Source: Thermodesulfobacteriota bacterium
GTDB lineage: Bacteria > Desulfobacterota > Binatia > Bin18
Direction of reading: 5' to 3'
DNA: 64,000 bases
Assembly (NCBI GenBank): GCA_964291405.2
Contig: OZ219926.1
Coordinates: 4,704,001 to 4,768,000, forward strand
A program made the translations under genes and the position numbers. Positions 1 through 7,748 of the stretch are shown here, one piece after another. Position 1 is the stretch's first letter, and each line of letters opens with the position of its first letter. The notes under the pieces were generated by a model. The model was not told the DNA's origin and made no database searches. It saw nothing but the letters and a program-made list of their open reading frames with translations.

Positions 1-201
1 GCCGGGTTGCTTGTTTTGAAAGGGACCGACCATGCGCACCGCGTCAAAGCGGGTGGTGGATTCAACCCGCACAACGGTCGCTCCGTAGTCGGCCAAAATA
101 CGCGTCGAACCAGGGCCGGCCATAGCCCACATGAAATCGAGCACTTTGACTCCAGCCAAGGCTTGATTGTTTTCACTGCCGGTCTGTTGTCCCTCTGCCA
201 T
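1..201 (-). CDS. Family III (CaiB/BaiF) CoA transferase, N-terminal part (runs off window)
   Basis: Manual translation from ATG 201: MAEGQQTGSENNQALAGVKVLDFMWAMAGPGSTRILADYGATVVRVES..., the typical CaiB N-terminus; AGGAGG RBS upstream. Confidence 0.85.
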   Translation of the reverse strand, partial: MAEGQQTGSENNQALAGVKVLDFMWAMAGPGSTRILADYGATVVRVESTTRFDAVRMVGPFQNKQPG

Positions 202-228
202 GGTGATCCCCTCCTGATTGAGTCTCAG

Positions 229-1470
229 CTAGATTATTCCCTTGTTCTGTAGCTCAGCTAACACTTGTGCATCAAGGCCGAGTTCGCCATAGACCTCGGC
301 GTTATGCTCACCAATCTTCGGTGGACGGCGCTTATAGGAAATCGGCTGCTCGCTGAACTTGGCAAACGGACCGGGATAGGCAAACGCTTTGCCAATCTCC
401 TCATGGTCGACCGTAGTCCAGTATTGACGCGACTCCAACTGCTTGCTCTCGACGACCTCGTCAATCGTGGTGACCGGAGCGACGAGCAGGCCACGGTCCA
501 GGGCGTTCTGAAACAGCTCTTCCTTGGTTTTAGTTTTGGTGAAGTCTTCAACGATCAGTTTGAGGCGTTCATAATCTTCAATCGTTTTCGGATCGCCACC
601 AAAGAGGCCACCGCCCATATCAACCCAGTCCAGCTGTTGGACTTCTTTATCACAAAACCCCTCCTCATAGATCCAGTCCATCAGACGCTTGGTGAAATGG
701 GCAAACGCCGAGCCAAACAGATAGGCAATCGAAACATGGCCGTCTTTCGCCGGCCAGAGCAGGCGGATTTCCAGCGGTCCCATTTTTGCCCCGCCGGCCA
801 TGCGGCGGGTTTCCGCGTCATTGAGCGGAGCCGAGAGAATGGTCGATTGGGTTGCATGGGCCGCGGCCTGCTGGGCGGAAATATCGACATGCTGGCCGCG
901 GTTCGATTGATGGGATTCGTACAGGGCAATCAGCGCGGCCGGCGCGGCGGCGGCGCTGGCGTGCAGATAGCCTTGGGGAACGCTCAGGCGGACAGGCGGG
1001 CGGTCTTCGTCCCCGGTAATGACGAGCGGTCCGCTGCTGGCCAGAATAATCAGGTCACTGTCCGCATAGCTGGCCTTTGGCCCGTCTTGGCCAAACGGGG
1101 TAATCGAGACATAAATCAGCCCCGGATTGTCTGCCGCCAACTCGTCATAGCTCAGGCCGTACTGGGCCAGGGTACCGGGATTGTCCGATTCGATCAGGAA
1201 TTTTGTGCCCTGGGCCAGGCGCCGAAGCATATCCTGGCCTTCGGACCGCGTAATATCGAGGGTGATCCCTCGTTTGTTACGGTTATAGGCCCACCAGTAG
1301 AGCGAGTTTTCCGCATCCTCCTGATCCTGATAAAAGGGTCCCAGCTTGCGGGCCGAGGAGCCTCCGGGAGGCTCGATTTTAATGACATCGGCACCCAGAT
1401 CGGCCAGGATTTGGCCACACAGCAATCCGCGTTCTGTTGTCAGGTCAAGGACTCGATAAGGGTTGAGCAT
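229..1470 (-). CDS. Family III CoA transferase (CaiB/BaiF, BbsE-like subunit)
   Basis: RVLDLT..LADLGADVIKIEPPGG, NRNKRGITLD, RGQHVDIS, PPKIGEHN motifs. Confidence 0.92.
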   Translation of the reverse strand: MLNPYRVLDLTTERGLLCGQILADLGADVIKIEPPGGSSARKLGPFYQDQEDAENSLYWWAYNRNKRGITLDITRSEGQDMLRRLAQGTKFLIESDNPGTLAQYGLSYDELAADNPGLIYVSITPFGQDGPKASYADSDLIILASSGPLVITGDEDRPPVRLSVPQGYLHASAAAAPAALIALYESHQSNRGQHVDISAQQAAAHATQSTILSAPLNDAETRRMAGGAKMGPLEIRLLWPAKDGHVSIAYLFGSAFAHFTKRLMDWIYEEGFCDKEVQQLDWVDMGGGLFGGDPKTIEDYERLKLIVEDFTKTKTKEELFQNALDRGLLVAPVTTIDEVVESKQLESRQYWTTVDHEEIGKAFAYPGPFAKFSEQPISYKRRPPKIGEHNAEVYGELGLDAQVLAELQNKGII

Positions 1471-1773
1471 TCGGCGACTCCCACGCTAGCAATGGCAGTG
1501 ATTTTTTATCATCCGCGTAAGGTCTCCCCATAGCTCCCTTGACGAGAACAGGCAAGCCCCGATTCGATGCCCGGCGGATAATTCGGGTGGGCGCTGCTCT
1601 GGCAATATGGTATTGACGGAGTGCATCATGATCTGTCCGCGCTGCCGAACAAAAATGAAAGTAGAGGCGCACCGGCCCCACAAGCAGGAGAAATGGCGCT
1701 GTCCTCAGTGTGGCAAAGTCCGTATGAAACCCGCGTCATACCGTCGGCATACCCGACGGGGGCGGGCCGGGAA

Positions 1774-1886
1774 TCCTTAACGTGTGAGATGACATTAGCT
1801 CCCCGGCCGTGGGTCTGCGACGGGATCCAGCCCGCAAGCCCATCCTCAGGGAGCGGGAGGCTCACGACACAATATCACGTTAAGGA
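1774..1886. mobile_element. Small MITE-like element with 11-bp terminal inverted repeats
   Basis: TCCTTAACGTG (1774-1784) / CACGTTAAGGA (1876-1886); internal blocks GGTCTGCGAC, CCAGCCCGCAAGC, GCGGGAGGCTCACG.CACAATAT recur at ~56940-57035. Confidence 0.55.
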
Positions 1887-2365
1887 GCAGGGGGCTCCTC
1901 GCCCGTATCCCTACGGCTGTCAACATAGGCTTTCATGAGTCCTGGCAGGTCAATAGGTGACTCTGTTTCTCTGAGCAGCCCGCCGGGTGGGATAAGCTTA
2001 TCCGACCCGCCAAGCGAGATCAGGAGATAGGGGCCGCCGAGCAAGCCTTTGGTGTGAATGGACGCGATTGCGTCTTCCTGAATCTCAATATCAGTGTCTA
2101 TGGTTAAGCGGACTCTCGCCCGCGTACCCGTAAGCTGGACGGTATCAACCCGGCCGACGCGGACACCGGCGATCTCGACCGGCGTGCCAGGTCCCAGGCC
2201 GGTGGCACTTTCAAAGTCAGCATAGATGGTATACCCCCAGGCGTTATAGAGCACCGTTTCACCGAGGGAAGAGAACAGGTAGAAGGCGCTTGCGGTTCCA
2301 AGAATCAGGAAAACCACGACGCTGAGACCGAGCCGGTGCATGGCCTGGTAGCCTAGCAGACCCAT
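1880..2365 (-). CDS. mlaD: MCE/MlaD family lipid-transport periplasmic protein
   Basis: N-terminal TM; YTIYADFESATGL..GTPVEIAGVRVGRV, ASIHTKGLLG, TESPIDL motifs. Confidence 0.85.
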   Translation of the reverse strand: MGLLGYQAMHRLGLSVVVFLILGTASAFYLFSSLGETVLYNAWGYTIYADFESATGLGPGTPVEIAGVRVGRVDTVQLTGTRARVRLTIDTDIEIQEDAIASIHTKGLLGGPYLLISLGGSDKLIPPGGLLRETESPIDLPGLMKAYVDSRRDTGEEPPAP

Positions 2366-2425
2366 CCGTATCTCCCAAGACCTCCACCCATGCTCATGAC
2401 AGATCGCACCGCTCTACAAGGGGGT

Positions 2426-3331
2426 ATGAAAAACGCAGGCGAGAAGAACGCTTTGCGACTTTTTTGTCTTTTTGTTCTCTGTAGTCTTTTATTCGGCCAT
2501 CTCCAAAACGTGTGGGCCGATGATGCAGCCCTGGTCGCCCAGGGGCAGTATGTGTTTGCCTTAGCCGGGGGGTGTGGCTGTCATACGGCGGATAAGGGAC
2601 CTACCAACGCGGGTGGGCGGCCGATTGAGACGCCCTATGGGCGATTTTACGGAACGAATATCACACCCGACCCGGTCCATGGGATTGGAACCTGGACGGA
2701 TCAAGAAATCATTGACGCGATCCGGCTGGGAGTGAAACCCGACGGGACGGTTATGAGTCCGGTCATGCCGTATCCGGCCTTGAGCGGTATGACGGATGAG
2801 GATGTCACGGCGCTGGTGGCTTTCCTGCGCAGCCTGGAGCCCGTCGCGCAAGCAAATATTCCCAATGAGGTGGGCATTCCGTTTTCCGGGCTGGCCATGC
2901 GCGTCTGGCGCTGGCTGTTTTTTGAACCGGTTGAAACGCGTGTGACAGCCTGGGCAGACCCCATTGCCCGAGGCCGCTACATCAGCGAACACCTCGCCCA
3001 TTGCCAGGAATGCCATACACCGCGCACAGTGTTTGGCAGCCTTGACCGGACGCGCGACCTGGCCGGGAATCCGGCTGGCATTGACGGCGAGGTCGCGCCC
3101 AATATTACCCCGGATGACGAGACGGGTATTGGGCGGTGGAGTGAAGGGGAGATCGTTTCCCTGCTGCGCACCGGCTTTCTCCCGAATTTTGATAACGTCC
3201 AAGGGCTGATGGCGGTGGTGATTGATGGAGTCCCTGGGGGCGGGTACAAAGACATGAGCGACGAAGACGCCGACGCTGTTGCCACGTATCTGAAATCGGT
3301 TCCTCCGAGGAGTCAGGTAGAACAGGAATAG
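2426..3331 (+). CDS. Periplasmic diheme c-type cytochrome (ADH cytochrome-c subunit-like)
   Basis: Signal peptide; CGCH and CQECH heme motifs; NITPD..GIG.W repeats, PVMPY; start may be 2390. Confidence 0.85.
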   Translation: MKNAGEKNALRLFCLFVLCSLLFGHLQNVWADDAALVAQGQYVFALAGGCGCHTADKGPTNAGGRPIETPYGRFYGTNITPDPVHGIGTWTDQEIIDAIRLGVKPDGTVMSPVMPYPALSGMTDEDVTALVAFLRSLEPVAQANIPNEVGIPFSGLAMRVWRWLFFEPVETRVTAWADPIARGRYISEHLAHCQECHTPRTVFGSLDRTRDLAGNPAGIDGEVAPNITPDDETGIGRWSEGEIVSLLRTGFLPNFDNVQGLMAVVIDGVPGGGYKDMSDEDADAVATYLKSVPPRSQVEQE

Positions 3332-3361
3332 CGTAGGTCTTTCGCGAGAGGAGGGAGTGCA

Positions 3362-3859
3362 ATGAGAGAGATGGTCAGCCGTATCGTTCGTGGAGTGTTA
3401 ATCAGTGTGGGTGTGATAGCAGGTGGTCTGCATAGTCTGGGTGGGTTGAGTTTCGGGCATGAAAACCATCCGACTCAGATGCCGGACCCGCAGCAGACGG
3501 TGGCGTTTCGTACCTATCTGATGGAGAATATCGGAGCCAACGCCAAGGAGATGAAAGGCAAGATCGACGCCGGCCAGCTCGCGGAGGCAAAAATGAATGC
3601 CGCGGCCATAGCCCTTCATTCCACCCGCATCGCAGCGCTATTTCCCGAGGGTAGTAGCGAGGATTCCTCCCGGGCCAAGGCAGAAATCTGGCAGAACTGG
3701 GACGCTTTTCTCGCCTCCGCCACAGAGCTTGGTACGGCAGCGAACGCGCTGACCGTGGCTGCGGGAGAAAACAATGCCGCCTCGGTCAAAGAACATATGC
3801 AAAAGATGTTCGGAACGTGTAAGGGCTGTCACGACCAGTTTCGTAAGCCGGAGGAATAA
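3362..3859 (+). CDS. Cytochrome c' / c556 (class II cytochrome c)
   Basis: Signal peptide; LFPEGS..SRAKAEIWQNW.F and C-terminal CKGCH. Confidence 0.88.
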   Translation: MREMVSRIVRGVLISVGVIAGGLHSLGGLSFGHENHPTQMPDPQQTVAFRTYLMENIGANAKEMKGKIDAGQLAEAKMNAAAIALHSTRIAALFPEGSSEDSSRAKAEIWQNWDAFLASATELGTAANALTVAAGENNAASVKEHMQKMFGTCKGCHDQFRKPEE

Positions 3860-3942
3860 TCTCGCGTGGAAGTTATATTGCTCCCCGGTAAAAAACGTGA
3901 GATAAAAAAATTCAATAAACTCCCCGGCAAAAGGAGGCTTTC

Positions 3943-5232
3943 GTGTCCGGTGCTGTTGGGTTCCAAGCGCTGACGAGCCGCAATGCCGTCCTGAGCAGTG
4001 CGGAAAATTTTATCCTGTACCTGCTCATGGAGACCAAGCCGCAGGGCGGGGGCGTGCGCCTGCCGCTCAATCTTGGCATTGTTCTTGACCGCAGCGGTTC
4101 GATGTACGACGAACAGCGGCTTGATTATGTCATTGATGCCATCAAATATCTGATCGATAATCTTGGTCCGGATGACAAGGCCGCGGTAGTCGCGTTTGCC
4201 GACCGAGCCGAAGTGGCGGCAACGGCAGACCGCGTCACGGCGGATGCCGCCGGGGTGAAGCGGGCCATCGACGATCTCGACCTCCTGGAGATTGGTGGTG
4301 GAACACAAATGGCCCTGGGCATGGAAGCCGCGCTTGCCGAGGTGGAGAAGTATTATTCGCCGAACCGCCTGAACCGGTTGTTGCTTCTGACCGACGGTCA
4401 GACGTACGAGGAGCGCAAATGTCTCGATCTCGCCCGTCAACACCGCGACCGTATTTCGTGCAGCACGCTCGGGGTGGGGATCGAGTTCAATGAAAAATTG
4501 CTGATGGAGATGGCCGAGGAGAGTAGCGCCAATTATCATTTTATTGATGCCCCGGCCTCCATCCCGAATATTTTCTCCAATGAACTCCAGGGGCTGCGGA
4601 ATGTCGCCCTGACCAACGCGCGGATTGAGATGCAACTCAGCGCTGGGGTGCAGGTGAAAGAAGCCTTTCGCGCCAGTCCTCAGATTTACCCGATAAAAGA
4701 GACTACGCCCGACGCCAACCGGATGGTTTCCCTGCCGTTGGGAGATATTGAAGCGGGAACGCCAAGTTCGGCCTTGGCCGTGTTGGTCTTACCGCCCCGC
4801 CGACCCGGCCGGGTTCGGCTGGCACAAGCTGAGCTGTATTACGATACGCCCGAGGCCAAGAACCAGCACGAAAGCGTGGACGTGGTGGTGAATTACACGC
4901 TTGAGCGCTCGGCCATTGGCCGGGCCAACGGTTATGTGATGAATCTGGTCGATCAAGTCAGCGTCGCCAAGATTCAGCTACAGGCCGAGGCGGCCATGGC
5001 TGCCGGCAATACGGATAAGGCCACACGCCTGTTGGGGAATGCCATAGCCGGTACGCAACGGCTGGGGAATGCGAAAGCAACCCAAGCGCTTGAGGGGCTT
5101 CAGAGTGAGTTGAAGAAAACCCAGAGTCTGGCGACCGGGGCGGCCAAGACCCAGTTGCTGAATGCCCAGGCAAGCCTCCGCAAGACGCAGCAACTCGACC
5201 CTGAGAGTGTCAAAGACGCGCTGCAAGATTAG
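3943..5232 (+). CDS. Cytoplasmic VWA-domain protein (YfbK-like)
   Basis: PLNLGIVLDRSGSM (MIDAS DxSxS), GGT, LLLTDG; GTG start with AGGAGG RBS. Confidence 0.88.
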   Translation: MSGAVGFQALTSRNAVLSSAENFILYLLMETKPQGGGVRLPLNLGIVLDRSGSMYDEQRLDYVIDAIKYLIDNLGPDDKAAVVAFADRAEVAATADRVTADAAGVKRAIDDLDLLEIGGGTQMALGMEAALAEVEKYYSPNRLNRLLLLTDGQTYEERKCLDLARQHRDRISCSTLGVGIEFNEKLLMEMAEESSANYHFIDAPASIPNIFSNELQGLRNVALTNARIEMQLSAGVQVKEAFRASPQIYPIKETTPDANRMVSLPLGDIEAGTPSSALAVLVLPPRRPGRVRLAQAELYYDTPEAKNQHESVDVVVNYTLERSAIGRANGYVMNLVDQVSVAKIQLQAEAAMAAGNTDKATRLLGNAIAGTQRLGNAKATQALEGLQSELKKTQSLATGAAKTQLLNAQASLRKTQQLDPESVKDALQD

Positions 5233-5264
5233 GCTGCACCACAAATGCAGCCCATGAAGGAGAG

Positions 5265-5969
5265 GTGAAAATGATTCGCTGTGCGGAATGCAATGAAGAA
5301 CAAATGGATGGCCTGGAGTACTGCGATATCTGCGGAGCGAAACTCGAAGCCGGAGCGATCGTTCTGGGTAAAGTCCAGACCACAGAGGAAGCTCCCGCAG
5401 AAGTTGAGGCCAGTACGGAGGCCGCAGCAGAAGAAGCTGCGGCTGAGACGGCTGAAGCTGAGGAAGACGGGAGTGCCGAGGCGGCTGGAGATGAGTCCGC
5501 AGAGACTCCGGAAGCTGAAGCAGCCCCTGAAGCCGTAGCCCTCAGCGATGATCAAGCCGCTGGAGATGAGTCCGCAGAGACTCCGGAAGCTGAAGCAGCC
5601 CCTGAAGCCGTAGCCCTCAGCGATGACCAGGCAGCGGTCGGCAGCGCTTCGCTCACCATCACCCGGGGTGGCACTGTGGGAAAAGTCTTTGAACTCCAGG
5701 CCGGAGACAATCTGGTTGGTCGGTGGGACCCGGATTCCGGTTCTTTTCCTGAGGTTGATATGGAAAACGATGACCCGGAGGCGCGCATCTCCCGTAAGCA
5801 CGCGCTGATAAAATTCGGGTCCGAGCTGACGATTGAAGATATCGGGAGCCTGAACGGGACGTTTGTCAATCGGGGACAACGCCTTGAGCCCGGCTCGCCC
5901 GTCCCGCTCAAAGACGGAGACGAGATCATCGTCGGTAAAACCTTTTTCAAGGTGTCGCGCGCGCAATGA
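5265..5969 (+). CDS. Zinc-ribbon + acidic linker + FHA domain protein
   Basis: CAEC..CDICG ribbon; FHA motifs GR, SRKHA, GSLNGTFVN. Confidence 0.9.
   Translation: MKMIRCAECNEEQMDGLEYCDICGAKLEAGAIVLGKVQTTEEAPAEVEASTEAAAEEAAAETAEAEEDGSAEAAGDESAETPEAEAAPEAVALSDDQAAGDESAETPEAEAAPEAVALSDDQAAVGSASLTITRGGTVGKVFELQAGDNLVGRWDPDSGSFPEVDMENDDPEARISRKHALIKFGSELTIEDIGSLNGTFVNRGQRLEPGSPVPLKDGDEIIVGKTFFKVSRAQ
5481..5633 (+). repeat. 75-bp in-frame tandem duplication in FHA-protein linker
   Basis: 5484-5551 identical to 5559-5626 (AAGDESAETPEAEAAPEAVALSDDQ twice). Confidence 0.95.
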
Positions 5970-6028
5970 GGCTGGCTTGTCCGTTCTGGAACTGGCGAAA
6001 CTGGGAACCTTCAGTGGACTGGTGATGC

Positions 6029-7735
6029 ATGGGTTCCGCGCCGCTGACGACCGAGCCGATAGATCGTGAGGAGAGCTGTGTTTGTGGTGAGTGCGGACAG
6101 GCCAATATCATCGGCGAAACATTTTGCACCGCCTGCGGCGTCGCGCTTGAAGAAGAAAGTGAGGGGGAGTCGGTTACCCCCCTTGAACCGCTGCCTATCG
6201 GCACCGTTCTGGCTGACACCTATCGTCTGACCGCACTCCTCTCGACCGGACAGGAAAATCGTTACCGGGCCGTTCGTCAGACGGACGACGGCCAGACTTA
6301 CCTCATAGCGGAACGGTCAAGCGACCAGGCTGATACCCATTTGGGTGGCGCGTTTCGGTTGGCCGAACAGCTTGCCGAGATTCACCATCCGGCCCTGATT
6401 CTCCCCCAGGAACGTTGTGAACGTGACGGCCGGGTCTCCCTCATCACCCCGAGTCAGTCCGGTCTCCCGCTGAGTCAGCGCATTGGCCGGACATCGGAAC
6501 GCGAGGCGGCCGGCTGGGGTGTCCAGTTATGCCAGGCCGTGGAGGTTTTGCACCGGCACGGTCTCCTGTGTGTTGATCTGCCTCCGGAGAATATCCTGCT
6601 CGACAAGACGGGTCGGCTGCACCTCGCCCAATTCGACGCGATCCGTCTCAAAGACGCGATTGAGGAGAGCCCCGTGTTGACGGACGGCTATGCTGCGCCC
6701 GAGGCCTACAAGACCCAGGTATTAAACGAAGCCGCGGACGTGTTTGCGCTTGGCGCCTGCTTGTATGCCGTGCTGGTAGGGCGGCGCCTGCCCGTTGAGG
6801 GCTGGGCGGTCCAGCCTGAGCCTCCAGTCTTCTATCCGGAGAAGGTCCTGACCCCCGAGTTCGAGCGTGTTTTAAGCAGAGCTCTCGCCCTTGAGCCTAC
6901 GGAGCGCTATGCGGATGTGCACGCACTGAAACACGACTTGCTCGCGTTGAGTCAGTCCGGGCACATCCGTTCGGCCTGGCGGACCGATGTCGGACAGGTG
7001 CGTGACCATAACGAAGATGCGGTGCTGGTCAAAGAGGTGGGGCAAGACAGCATAGCCGGTAATGATTTCCGAGGGCTGTATATTGTGTCAGACGGGATGG
7101 GTGGCGCCGAAGCCGGGGAGGTCGCGAGTCAGATTGCCATCCAGACCGTAGCGCGCCATGTCGAAGCAGCCTGGACTGATGCTGAGGCGGAAGAGGAAGT
7201 CGAGGCCGCCACTTGGGAGCGCTGTTTGCGTGAGGCGGTCGAGACGGCCAATACCCGGATTGTCCAATACGGAAAAGATCATCCCGAGTCGGCTGGTCTG
7301 GGGGCCACGATCGTTACCGTGTTGATGCAGGCGGGACAACTGGTGCTGGCCTGGATCGGGGATAGTCGGGTCTATCTGCTGGAAAACGGGACATTACACC
7401 AGCTCTCGCACGATCATTCTCTGGTCGCCCGTTTGGTCGAAATCGGCCAACTGACCGAGGAAGAGGCGTTGACCCACGAGCACCGCAACGTCCTGATTCG
7501 GTCTTTGGGCAGCAAGGAAAACGTCAAGGTTGATACGCTCTCGCGACCGCTGAAGCGAGGAGTCCGTCTCCTCCTGTGCAGCGATGGGCTGACCAGCCAT
7601 GTCCTTGACCCGGCGATTGCCGACATTATGAGTCGCCACCGGACTCCGCACGAGGCCGCCTTGGAATTGACGGTTGCGGCCAATACTGCGGGTGGTAGCG
7701 ATAATATCTCAGTGGTCGTGGTCTTTTACGAGTAG
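6029..7735 (+). CDS. Zinc ribbon + degenerate Ser/Thr kinase domain + PP2C (Stp1-like) phosphatase
   Basis: CGECG..CTACG; kinase-like DLPPENILL, GYAAPE, DVFALG; PP2C motifs RDHNED, SDGMGG, GDSRVY, CSDGL, DNIS. Confidence 0.88.
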   Translation: MGSAPLTTEPIDREESCVCGECGQANIIGETFCTACGVALEEESEGESVTPLEPLPIGTVLADTYRLTALLSTGQENRYRAVRQTDDGQTYLIAERSSDQADTHLGGAFRLAEQLAEIHHPALILPQERCERDGRVSLITPSQSGLPLSQRIGRTSEREAAGWGVQLCQAVEVLHRHGLLCVDLPPENILLDKTGRLHLAQFDAIRLKDAIEESPVLTDGYAAPEAYKTQVLNEAADVFALGACLYAVLVGRRLPVEGWAVQPEPPVFYPEKVLTPEFERVLSRALALEPTERYADVHALKHDLLALSQSGHIRSAWRTDVGQVRDHNEDAVLVKEVGQDSIAGNDFRGLYIVSDGMGGAEAGEVASQIAIQTVARHVEAAWTDAEAEEEVEAATWERCLREAVETANTRIVQYGKDHPESAGLGATIVTVLMQAGQLVLAWIGDSRVYLLENGTLHQLSHDHSLVARLVEIGQLTEEEALTHEHRNVLIRSLGSKENVKVDTLSRPLKRGVRLLLCSDGLTSHVLDPAIADIMSRHRTPHEAALELTVAANTAGGSDNISVVVVFYE

Positions 7736-7748
7736 CGAGGCATTGTCG

